Source of the DNA: Iphione sp. A-MEVVRFRX5
Lineage: Eukaryota
Length of the DNA: 64,000 nt
Assembly (NCBI GenBank): GCA_976226885.1
Contig: OZ320316.1
Span: forward strand, 89,652,001-89,716,000
Reading direction: 5' to 3'
Shown here: positions 40,221 to 52,700 of the stretch, in pieces
Position numbering within the stretch: the first letter of the stretch is position 1
Layout: each line of letters opens with the position of its first letter
The notes under the pieces: model-generated
Seen by the model: only the letters and a program-made list of their open reading frames with translations
Told to the model about the DNA's origin: nothing
Databases searched by the model: none
Position numbers and translations under genes: made by a program

Positions 40221-43200
40221 ATCCTTTGGGCCCAGGATGGCGACATAGACATAGTCTAATGCATCCCTTACATATTTTGCAGAACTAAACACACCTGTAC
40301 AATACACACGTAAGGAGTACAACGTGTTCACGCCAAAGAGCTTCTATGGAGCCTTTGTTTAGCCTTCTCCATATAACAGTCACGTATACTTGTAAAAAAA
40401 AGTATACATTCTCTCAGATCATGATGATATTATATTTCTCTTTTAATACTTCACAAGAAATTTATTCATTTATAAATGAAGGGATCTCCGCATAGATTTC
40501 TGTGATAGTTAATGTAAGCAGAATTTTACCTGGTTTAGAAGAAGTGCATGTATGCGTATCCCTGTCCATTTTCAAGGAGGTCCACATCCAATATTTTAAC
40601 TAATTCAAATTACCCTCCAAAAACGACCCTATTTAGAAGTTCTGTCATAAGCTGCGGTTAGCGAATGATTCCTAAGATATTTGCTCGAACCTCAGTCTCA
40701 ACAAGTGCAAACATTGGAACGGTACTTAAACTATTATTATACAGGACAGAATGTGTATTGGGGCACACGGTCTTACGTGTATAAACTCCTCATCACAGTC
40801 GTTATTTTTATCGTATAATGCCCCCTTCGAGTGCCCTCGTCTCTCTCAATCACCTTCGTCTCCAGCAAAAGTTCTGAAGAGTAAGCTACCAGTCCAGTCG
40901 CTGAGGTTCAAGATTCTTTGTGTGATTATCTTCAAGTCCTATCGAATCCAAGGACGACTGGCTTTCAGGCGTGTGCAGTGCTGATAGACTGACATCTCGG
41001 CGAAGTCAAGACATTTCTAATTAAAGAGCTTGGAGAATAGACACCAAACTAAAATATGTACAAATTATATAAGTATATTTATTTCCAATTATTGATTAGA
41101 GACTGCATTATATAGTTATTCCAGCTGTTGGATGGAAATTTAATCGTTTATAGGCCTAAAAAATTATCCCTTTTTCCATTTACTCTTTAAGTTATAACCA
41201 CTTGTGTTTTCCTGAGTGTTACAGTAGTAAAACATATATTTTTTTGATCCGTAACAACATTTTAGCAAGGCGTTCCCATAAAATACTATAATTAACCATT
41301 TTAAAAATAGGCTCGTATGGGGTAAGATTTGTCTGAATGAGAGAGCTACCTCTTTCTCACATTCAGTTCCTAAGATGTGGTTTATTTGCCCAACATAAGG
41401 AAGGTAGTTCGCAGAAGACCATGCACAAAGTAAGACCTGATCTCCAAATAGAATAGTAATATAGGTCCGAAAATGTATCGTAACTGAAGTCTTAACTCGA
41501 ACTACCCATCGCCTAAACATACGAAGTGTTCTTCCTATAAACATATGCAAAAAGAATATATATATATGCATTATATTATTCTTTATATGATCGATTGGTA
41601 TGTTATTGCCATTGTAAACTCCCCTAAACAAGCCCAAAACATATATCGGTTTCAAAGGCATTTTTATTGCATCTAAGGACATCATCCAAGTAACGTTTGT
41701 TTTAAAACATGTATCCTAGTTACTACATTCGTCTCCAAGCATATAAACAGTCCACTTGGAGACCAAGGGTATAAAAGATGTTTCAACTATGGTTTTCAAG
41801 CACAATTGCACCTCCCAAAGACCCATAAGGGGTCAAAAGCTAGTGTCTGTACCAACTATAATATACCCAATGAATCTCCAACATTTGTCCTGTATATATG
41901 ATTGTCAGTCTTACTTTCCTACATTCATATAAACATATGCACAAAGAATATATACATGCATTACATTTTCCCTATTTAACTCGTCTATGACTCATCGAAA
42001 GTGACTCCCCTCCGTGGAGCTCATGACACGTGTAATTGTTCCAATTAGCAATGTCGAGAAATAGCAGCCAGAACACCGGTATAACGAGGCTCAGGTATGA
42101 ACGTTAGTGCAAAAATAGATAAATGAATAACTATCAAGCAAATTTAGCATTTCTAATAGAAACGCCATCCCTATGGATCCATGCAACAGGTGGTCGATCT
42201 TGGAGACACTTGTTCTCTTGTACATTCTTTCATCTGACACAAGACTTCATAAATAAGACACCCCCCTGTGGCCACATTCCCGGCACACTTGTGACATCGG
42301 GCCTGTCAATGTGTGACATTCATGACCTCACTTGAAACACTGATAATAAAACGATAATTAATATGATGCATGATGACAGCTATCGTGGAATCTATCAACC
42401 TTTTAATATCCCTCTGTTCATTAAATGAATCTGGTACCTACACTACAAGATCAAGTTTCTCTAGCAAGAGGGTGCTCCCAAATGACCACATTCAAATATA
42501 ATTCGATCTTACTCACAGTAACATCATACTCCTACAGTCCAATCAGGTTTTAATTCTCTCGAATTTAATAATATTCCTGTGTATATACATTGGAAGGGAA
42601 CATGATATAAAACAGAGAGTCAAGCAAACGTGCTATAAATTTACAAACAGAACCGCGAGGATTCGATCCAACTTGTAGTCCCAGCACTTTCCTGAAGTTG
42701 AAGTGCACGTGCATAGATTGTTTAGGATTCCTTAATTATTGAATCAAAGACGATGTAACTGCAAATTTACAAAAAGAGCATGAAGATATAAATTGGTGGC
42801 GTGTGGAGAACATTGAAATATATGTGCATTGCCGACATAAACAAAGTACATACAGTGAATGAGTCCGTCGGCTGTTTGGGAAGTGCTATGAAGAGGTAGC
42901 CAAAAGGCCTAAATGTGCAGTATAGTATTGCTGAGGGAGGCAGGTGATGTAGAAGTTGAAAATGATGATGAAATCACATTTCTGAAACCAATCGTAGAAA
43001 GGCTTCTCAAGTCCTCCTTTAGTCAAGATGCCGTGAAGCTTTTCCCACATATTCCCCATTCATAGAGGTATGTAGGGACACAGAACATGTTTAAAGGCAC
43101 GCCGCATGGGCCAGAGGTATTGTTAGCATTGTCCATTTTTGATACAGACACTTTTCTTTCCTTGCACGGATATCGAATGGAATTTAGTACACAAATTTAG

Positions 43201-44749
43201 TGTTGTATCAAGACCAATGTTAACGTAGATATGACAATTGTTATTTAATATTCTATTTAATACCTTTTGGTTAAGGCAAATGCAAAAAGTTGTTTATTCA
43301 CTACGATAACGTTTCCGACGAATTACATGAGAAAAACATTATGCCTTACAAATATAAGAAACAACGATCTGCAGACTCTGTTCATAATGGTAGTCTCAAC
43401 TGCCGAAAGGTCCCGCAGCCCTGTCTGACTCCAAACAAAACAGAAGCCTGAGGACTGTACCTTCAGAAGCGTCCTGGATGAGACATCTGTCTGTACTTGA
43501 AAGGCTATTTATTGTGCGCAGACATATAAAGGAAACACCACATACAATATTTCTTACGTATATCCTAAACGATACATTAGTCTCGATTCTAAGAGAGAGC
43601 AAAGTAATGTATCTGTCATCGTAATTCGACTGTATATACAGGATAAAAGGTTAAACATTATACTTGCACTTTTAAGGTGCCACACTTTTATAAAGTGAAT
43701 ATTTCTCTGCTTCATGTAAGTATCATTCATATTGCTAATTGCATCCTTCTCACGCACCAATCCAGTGAATTCTTACTGCAAGTTGCTTTCTGCATGCAAC
43801 CCAGACGTTTGTATGGAATGGCCAATAGTGACCACACCACCTAATAGGGTATTCCATCGTGATTACCAGATGGTAGCTAATGATAAAAATTCGATTCAAA
43901 TGTAAATGCCATGACATATATGTGAACGGTACCTTCTCGTTAACATTAATGCCACCTTATGCGCATAGATCTCTCCTTGATGAAGTTGTATATTGTCAGG
44001 GTCCTTTTATTGCTGGGTAGAAGAGCTTTTACCGTCATTGGCATGCGTATGTATATATATGTAGATGCAGCACGCTTAATCGGATCTCAAAACTACCAAA
44101 TTATATCGACCACAATGGAAAGCCTAATGTTGTTCAACGTCGACATTTTGTTCTCGCAATTATCAAGACAGTTAGTCCTCTAAAATTCACATGTAACATA
44201 AATAGGTAAAAACCGATTAATGAAATGTTATTTCCTTGAATACAAGTCGAGAATAGAACTGTAATTTTCTTCCATCCATTAAAATGAGCATTCTACTTTT
44301 CGTCAATCCTGTTGCTTTAAGAACCTTGTCAGAGAATTCTCAGCGAGTCCGTTTGAGGGAATAAAACACAATGGAACTTTAAGGATGATGTCGGCCGATC
44401 CCGTCGTAAACGTAAAAAAGCAAGAAAAGTTTGGACTTCGAACAACCATTTAATTTCATCCAAGACAATTGGAAACACTAATAGCTTATCGGAAACTTAG
44501 CAAAAATGTATATTTAGATTTAGCGCCCACTAAATCAAAACCGTCAAAAGTGAATTAAGTTTATTTGTACCATTTCCTGTCGGTTGTTCCATTTCAATAA
44601 TAATTGTTAGTTATTCAAGCGAACAGGGAGCGCCTTTTTGGAATTGATAGGTGTAATTAAGGTTTGTTTTGTGATCATATCCCCTTGCATTCCCGTCCCT
44701 CTTCATTCGGTAAAGATCAAAGAGATTGCCTATCGAGTTTCACAGGCCG

Positions 44750-44950
44750 ATCCCTCATCGACAGCCCGCCGGTCATGTTCTATATAGTTGAGTGCGCCGC
44801 GAATCCGGCCTCTAACGAAGCTTGGCTGTGTGGATCGCTGGAGTCGCGATCAAAACGCGACCAATCAGCCCTAATGGCCGGACAAAATACGTCTTCTCAC
44901 ACTACTGACGCTTCATTGTTCCCCTCCAGCCCCAGCCACGTCCACAAACG
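44750..44950 (+). promoter_or_regulatory. Promoter-like CpG patch with a CCAAT box ~400 bp upstream of the WW exon
   Basis: gaccaatcag at 44859-44868 within a CpG-rich stretch. Confidence 0.35.
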
Positions 44951-45280
44951 GTGCAATTGAGAGCAATTGGAAATGCTAGAGTTCTGTCTGTCTGCCAGAT
45001 TGGCACCGAGAATTTGTCCAAGTATCTGCCTCACAACTCAATTTGTCAGTTTTGCCGCTTTTCTTTCGAAATCCTCCTCGCGCAGTGCCATTGAATCACG
45101 AGAGAAGTGTCTTTATTTATATCTGTTTTAAACTTCTGCCAAATCCCAAAAGGAAAAAAAATCATTTCAGACGAAAATGCAGGTGATGCGACCGCTAAAT
45201 GACCAAGTGTTTATGTCTTTCCCTTCGATGTCAGTCATTTCTATCTCATGTTCTAACTAAACGTGGTTTTATCATTTCAG

Positions 45281-45397
45281 TCATCACACCCACTCGACTC
45301 AGTGGGCTCCACCGGCAGACAGCTGGGACTCCGGCAATGGACTCCCGTACGGCTGGGAGGGGGCTGTCGACAAAGAGGGAAAGCCATACTACATCAA
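45281..45397 (+). CDS. FRMPD4: FRMPD4-like gene, exon encoding the N-terminal part of the WW domain
   Basis: Acceptor atcatttcag| and donor |gtaagg; 117 nt, phase 2 to phase 2. Encodes [38 protein letters not shown](N), resembling vertebrate FRMPD4 as I recall it ([41 protein letters not shown]). Confidence 0.93.
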
Positions 45398-46399
45398 GTA
45401 AGGATGTTTTGCCTTAGAGAAAACATGAGCACCCTTTAACAAACGAATTGTCAGCAAAAGCATCTTCTCGACTTTTCTTATCAATGTGATGTTTAGATCA
45501 CTGTAACCGAATCAATGGATCCACTTTAAATTGAATTATGGAAGTCTTCTACACGTCTTGCGAAAACGTTCAGATTTGCGTGTAGTTGTGTATTTCAGCA
45601 TTTATCATGAGTGCCATGGAATGTGTTCATCTGCAGCGCAGTTTGCATGTCTCTCCTTCAGACCTATATCTAAAGTTTAAACACCGAAAAGGGTGTTTTA
45701 AAGGGTGGTGTTCTTTATACAGAGCTGGTCTTAGGTAACCTGAGTTCTGCTCTTTGTAGACATTCCGTTCATAGAAATCTGGCCTGAAAGCTGTGGTCAA
45801 AAAGTCTCATAAACAGTACTTTTGATGGCCATCAAGGGGATTGCGTTGAAGGCTTCGATGGTACTAAGCGACAAAGAGTGGTAGATGGGAAGCACCTTTT
45901 TATGAGAGGTTCTATCCGCCGATAGATTTTAGGCAGACGCCGGTCAGTGCTTTCTAGGCTAAAACCTTTGGTGTGGTTCTAGAAAACTGCCATCCTGCAA
46001 AGCCACCATGTTACCATATCACCTGAGTGAGTGGGTCGAAGCAGAATGTTATGAGGAAATATGATGGCATAGGCATACGGATACTCATCACATACCTTCA
46101 GTGTCGCAGCGACGCATGGGAACATTCCAGGTCGCGCGGCCTTCAAAAACTCCTAATCCTTCGCAGCCTTTTTCCGCAGTCACAGCAGCTCCTGCAACAC
46201 CTCACCCCAAACTGTACACATGCAGTCTTACATCAGTCCGGACCACACTGAGAATTGCCCCTTGAGAAAGCCACGCTCTGAACCAGTTGTCATTCACATG
46301 CGCGACCCGTCACAGGGAGAAGATTCCCCGCCGGAGATTGATGTCAAACGGGGTCATCCCTGTTACTGGCTTAGGCGATCCGTTTGCCAAGGCCAGTAA

Positions 46400-46520
46400 T
46401 TGTCCTGCAATGGCCAATGCGAAAAAGCCCATTGGGCTAAGACATTTTCCATTTCATGTAGATTTGTGACGTCACTCGTTCAAGACAGGTAATGAATCTG
46501 CGCGATTGGAACGGACGTGG
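46400..46520. promoter_or_regulatory. Intronic promoter-like cluster: three CCAAT boxes and a perfect CRE
   Basis: ggccaat at 46412, attgg at 46431 and 46505, TGACGTCA at 46467-46474, and a donor-like cag|gtaatg at 46488/46489. Confidence 0.35.
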
Positions 46521-49081
46521 CGTTGTCATCTTCACATTAACCATCTCGCATACATGTACATATGTATATGTATGCAATTTATAACAACTTAACAATGTTT
46601 CGCTGTCTTCTAGGAGATATTTTTTGTGCAATCGATAGCCTGGCAGTAGCGGTAAAGTGTTCTCCTCTACGCGTAGTTCATGCATAGCTTACCTAGCATA
46701 TAGTGTTATTTTCTCACTACTTATTCCTTCTGACAAAAGCCGCAATGTGAAAGATTAATATCAATACAATATTCATCGAACATATCTGATGAAATATTGT
46801 TCCTGAACGGAAAGGATTCACGACGGAGCAGATTGTTGCTGCTGCTCCAAGTATGACACCGCGAAAGAGTTTTTCAAATGTGTCCATGCTTCTTGGGAAG
46901 ACTGGCCTGCTCCGATTACACCCAGAACAGGACGTTATATTGAGATATGCATTAGTGTTGAAGGTTGCGGAATACATCCTGTAGGTGAGTGTGGCGGTTT
47001 AATGTAAGGGACAACAGTTTCCATGTCTACGAGTTCAGTTGATTTTCTCCTACATTAGCAAAGTATGCTGGGAAAACGTTTAGTGGTGTATAGTGTAGGC
47101 ACCAACAATACCGAATGAAATACATGTTCATGTATTTATTTTGGGTTTCAATATTTTTCATTTGCCACTACCGGGATGATCGTCTTAATACTCAGTAAAC
47201 AAAATTGCTTGGGTAGAAGCAACTCAATCCTGAAAAGTGTCAGGTTATGGAACTTTCATGACTTGTTAATGACTATACAGTGTGCACCATTTGGCCTTGT
47301 ACATTCTGGCTTCCTCAGGCAGAATTACAAGAGCAAGCTATATGATATACCTCTATGACTTTTACATGGCAACGGTTGTCAACGATATAATATACAGAGT
47401 AAGCAATCAAGTTCATGTTGTATTTGTGGTATTACTAGTAGTGAAGCAATTAGTTAATAGGAATAATATAGGGTGAACTACGTGTATATTATTTCCAAAA
47501 TGTCATTAACCTGGAAAGGAACACATTAGGGCAGATTATTAAAAATTGATGGTAAATCATAATGTCACTGGCCAATGATCCTTAGCATATATGAAATTCA
47601 GGAGATTTGCATACAGTTCATCATTGCTACCATACGCCATTGATTAAATGCCCATCAGCACATCTCCCCTAAGATTACTGTAGGGTTGGGGACACGAAAT
47701 ATAGGAAGTCCTGTCAACTGGGTGTTCCCCCAAGAGGAGTTCATCATCGAGCTAGGAAACAAAACTGCTGAACTTAATGTTCTTAATGTCCTGGATGGAT
47801 GAAAAATGGAACAATTGGTTTGCATGCCACCCCATTTTGTGCAAGACAGTTTTGATGTTTACATGAAAGTAGAGTTTAAAAGGTAGTGAAAGAATAAACT
47901 CGTTCAATGATATATTGGGTGTGTAAAGCGTATGAGGTTGGCACGTCTCTCTACAGCTTCCGCGCTACGCTAATGTTCGGATGCATCTGTCATGTGAGAC
48001 GAAAGTTGGTCTCCCCTGTCATAGTGCACAAAGTAGCAATAGCAATGAAGATAGATAGTGGTATATCATGAGGCATGTCGTCAATATTACCGCTGTGGCA
48101 TAGACGAGCTACTGACGATAGCGACGTAACATTTGAGCGTTACGTTCCTAGTGAACAAACATATAACCTCTTATTACAGAAACACATGGGAACTTAGCAC
48201 CATTTAATCGTATCCAGTGCCGAGCAGCCACCATCAAGTTGCCATTCTTTAATCTTCAGGGAAAGCCTATCTATAATTCTGTCTTTCAAGGACCCTCTAT
48301 GAAGATAATATCTTTTCTTAACATATTTTGTCATTTTCTTTTTTAAGTTACTACTCCTGATAATTTCCTGATTCGAAGGCTCGGCCTAGTTTGTAGGCTT
48401 CTTTGTGGTTATTTACAGAGAATAGTCATAGGTTCCGTCCTCTTTTATAAGCAAGTGGCGTCTTCAGTTTCCCTCGAGGAGTATATCTAAGCTCTCTGCC
48501 TTTTCTTATGATAGATGATCCCCCTGCACATTTACCTAGAACCAGGTCGCCTCTGTCTGAATATGATACCACCATTGCCCCCAGCCTACTAGTGTACCAA
48601 TCAATGACACAGGCTTAATGGCTTCCTATTGGTCTCATCATAAAAAGCTACTTGCTTATTATGTGTGTGATCATTGCTAAATTACTGATAATAGTCTAGA
48701 CGCATTTAGTCTTATGTAGTGCTCCACGGTCATCTGAGTCACTGTGCGAATCATTTCGGCCTTACGATTAGGATTATCTGCCACAAGTACTTTATAAGAA
48801 ATGCCTATTTATTAAACGTTATCATTAAAACAAAGACAACGATCCATTACTGATGCACAGCACTGACTAGGAGAACATCCAAGCCCATCCAGCGCCGCCG
48901 TCCTGTTTCTCTGATGGTGTTCTTAATGTCCACGAATCCGTGTATTTGAGTTACATGCTGTTCTTAATTTCCATGTATTCGGGTATCCCTACTGTGTGTT
49001 TATGTATTTTGGGGCATATGGAATAACAGCAGGAGTCTATCCTTGATCTAATGTACATAGCATATTACATGTCCCAGTATA

Positions 49082-49186
49082 GCATGTTTTCAGAATAGAA
49101 CATGTCCAATATTACCATGTTTTCATGGCTGTGTATACACGTTTTGAATTGGAACTATGATTAAAAACTGACATATAACATAATGA
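49082..49186 (+). repeat. Dispersed repeat copy, related to 33739-33843
   Basis: Same colinear blocks as 33739-33843, in the same orientation. Confidence 0.55.
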
Positions 49187-49593
49187 CAAGCACATTTGGT
49201 GTTTGCACTGGTTGTAAACAGTGGAGGGGAAATTCTTTCTCTCATGTTGCTCTGGCACAGTTGACACTCAGAAGGTGTGTTTGCCTGTATGAGTGTGCAT
49301 GTGTGTATAGCACATTGATACAACTCTTGTCCAATATTCCACCATTATGCTGGCCAGGACTACTTCCGGGCAACGTTTTATATAAGTAGTGTAAAAATGC
49401 TACACAGACATATGTGAGCACAGCAACATTGTAAGCCTGTTCATGGTGCTACATGGTGATACATACTACACAGATTCATGTTCATGGAAATTAGACCTTA
49501 GTATTTTACCATATAGGACAACTACATACATCTAGGCAACAATGGTTCACTTGAAATGTACATTAGGCCCTTTATTCAACAAGGGTGTGATGA

Positions 49594-49718
49594 CTATTAC
49601 TAGTGTATGTACATGTATACCGCTACATATCCTTCCAAATCCTATCAATGAAAAAAAGGCTATTACTAGTGTATGTACATGTATACCACCACATATCCTT
49701 TCAAATGTTATTGATAAA
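49594..49718. repeat. Two-copy tandem duplication, 66-bp unit
   Basis: ctattactagtgtatgtacatgtatacc..acatatcctt.caaat starts at 49594 and again at 49660. Confidence 0.85.
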
Positions 49719-52700
49719 CGATCGTTGTTGTTTTAAACAAAGGGTAAGATTCGTTTATGCCAAATTATATTCCTGTTAGATTTAATCATATCAATGAAGG
49801 AATGGGACGAATCATTCGTTTAGCGCATACTATGCGAGTGTCAAGACAAATTTGAAAATGTTATCCCAAACCTGTCGATGTATTATGATAATAAACGGCC
49901 CGATCTTATAGAGAGTTCCATAATTCAGTAGCTGTAGAAGATACTGGAAGCATACGTCTTTTACCAACATACAGCTGACCTAAGGTTTGTATAGACACTT
50001 ATATGTAATATGTGTAGTGGTGCGTGTCTTTTCCAGCGTTTTCCAAAGTGCTTTATTGGTCAGAACCTTATGGTAAAACATCGAGTTTTCCATTCTTTAT
50101 TATATTCGGGCGAGTAGTATCTAACGATGAACTATTCATGACAGTTGCTCCTATCTGGCTAATAGTTCCCTTTCTGGTGGAAAGATGATGTGTGAAAGTT
50201 GTTCATTTGCTTCAATAGAACACATTCGAAGGTGTCTCCATTAACCAGACCCCTTATTGAGACAATTCCCCTGGCGATATAATAACAGACCCTGTGATTT
50301 TTCTTTGTATGAAAATTGCTTTGCGACATACCTTGTAATGATAATTGGCATGCTCGTAATTAAATTCACTAGCGCTACCTAGTAATTTGATTGATCCGAG
50401 AAATTCCAATCAACTTTCAAAACTGCGTTGTCTCAATTCACCAACACTGCATACAGACGAGGAACATAGAAACAGTCTACGACCCTGTTTACTCGTTTCC
50501 TCTTGTAGGAAAATGGATCTCACATATCTTAATTTCCACTCAAGCTGTTTGGATTATGTCGTCGGTGGTTACGTACATACCACATGTTCAAGTCCCGAGA
50601 ATAGCTTGCCAGCATCAATCTACCTGTATTTCGCCTTTGTAGGCTCTCACTTTCGAGATGTCATCCTGCGTCACGTTGATGCACTTTAATGATATTTGAA
50701 ATCTTTTAATCATAGCTGATGATTTCGGAAATGAAGAGGAAGATTTATTCAAACAAGAAGGATTTCCAATCAAGAATTATGACTGCTTTTAATGTCGTCA
50801 AATCACCTGGCAACATTTTTGCAAGTAAAGCAGTAATTTCCAGATGTCTGTTGTATAGAGGCCTATTGAATGAAACCTTGGGCATATTGTTGGCTTAAGA
50901 TGTTGGAATGTATTCAAGATTTCCTCCTCGACACATACAATGGTCCAATATCGCGGTGGCTGTTTCTACATACAAAGTTCCGGCGACCATAAAAACACCA
51001 TCATCGCCGCTGCGATGGCACTGGGACAACAACAATCGCTCCAGGACTGCTAGAATGCTGCAGGAGTTGCCGCGACTCAATTGGGGCAGCTGGCAGTCCT
51101 GAAACACTCAGCGCAATTTTTTTCATAACGCAGATTAGTAAGCCAGGCCGAGGATTAACCTGCAATGCAATGCCTGCTATCGGCTTCAAGTTTGCCTCAG
51201 CCTGTTTTGAAGCTATTTATACGGCGTCAAAATGGCAAATACAAAGGCCACATAGCGGTAAACTGATGACACAACTGCTCGTTATGCAAGACGTCCCATA
51301 ATCATTAGTATTCAGTCCTCCTCCGATACAGAATCGTACTACTGTCAGTTTTATTTCAAAGGCATAAAACGTATCAATGTACATTAACTTCTTCATTATC
51401 TTTTTTTTATTCATACGAAGAATGTATGATCTCTGCCTCGTGCCTTTTGATGGAAGAGTTTGTCTTAATGCATAATTGAACGACTAAATCGTATACATGT
51501 ACATGTATCGATGAGAGAGAGAGAGACCCAGTGAGACTGGTCGAATTTGTGCTAGATGTTATTTGGTGCTCTCTTAATGAGTTGCCGGTGTAGCCACTAA
51601 CCGGACGTGTGTGGGCTGAGGGCATCCGTAGCAGGCAGCTAGCCAACACCAGTGTCGGCCACAAAGCTCAGGAAGTCTACAATGCCACCAAGCATCATTC
51701 TTTTCACTCGAAATAACTATTCCCTCCCCTGACACCTTTGCTCATCATGCTATATACATGTGAAGTCTAATTATCTTCAAGCGGAGCACAGATTATATTC
51801 CTGATATATTAGTATGCTTGCAATTTGTGCAGTTGATCTGTTCAACTGATGCAGGGTGACACTGATTATGGCTTTACACGTAAGGAACTGATTGGAATCT
51901 CCCGCACCGCAGTTAGATTCTACACTGCTGTAAGTCTTTAAACAAGATGATCTCCTCAGTGTCGAGTCGGTCATCAGTCACTGATGTTAAAAGTCTCGAG
52001 TCTGCTTTCAAGAGGTGGTGACTGTGGGCTGTACCCCTAGTGGTGCCTCGGCAAGGGACAACCGAACACATTCAATTGAAGTGGGCGCTCACTCTACCTA
52101 ACGCTCCTACTGGACGAAAGTCACAAGGGGATTCTACGCCGAGGTGAACCTCTTCACTGAGGCTCTCAGGCGGCATTACAAATCCAAGGGAAGGACCGCC
52201 CGGCATGTAATATCTTGGTTCCTTCTCCTGCACAAGTACGTGGCCTTCCCGCCTGCGCAATACTATTTCTGTTCAGGTCGAGTACCCGAAGCAGTGCGTA
52301 TCGTCCCGCTCTCAGTCCAATCGGTGGGAGATATCCCCGGACGATGGTTATGTTATCGAGTACTAACATGGGTGGACAGGTGTCTTGGGTGCCGATATTG
52401 CTGTCGGGCAGTGATCGATGAGCTCCTCGCGGCCAGCCGACCAGCGCCTGGCCCAAAGAGCTGCCCCTCATCAGGTGTCGCTACAATGTCAGTCCGACGG
52501 TCGGGGCCGTTTTAATTAATTTTAGTTTGATTAACAAGGATCATAACCTTAAGAGACATAATGCGAACGAATTTAGTGATTAACAAGATGTAATTGGCCG
52601 TTTCTGTGAATGGGTTTGATGGAAATTAATCTCAAGTGAACCGGTCAATTAGTTGATCTTTTTCAAAAAGCTATATTTCTTCCGATCGATTTGTTTCTTA

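Noticed and set aside
39589-40221. Longest ORF in the track (210 aa) and the overlapping 146-aa ORF
   Set aside because: They arise from a C/T-rich low-complexity tract that lacks stop codons. There is no domain signature.
41164-41685. 173-aa - strand ORF
   Set aside because: It lies in AT-rich, partly duplicated sequence (aacatatgca.aaagaatatata at ~41540 and ~41930). There is no recognisable motif or splice context.
42650-42700. B-box-like ggatcgaatcc on the - strand suggesting a tRNA or SINE
   Set aside because: There is no properly spaced A box or cloverleaf.
50400-50760. Possible LINE C-terminal remnant (- strand, ESLQRR...RLML) and a Walker-B-like LLIIADDF (+ strand)
   Set aside because: Too degraded to call. 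The motifs are short and conflict with each other, and I found no Walker A.
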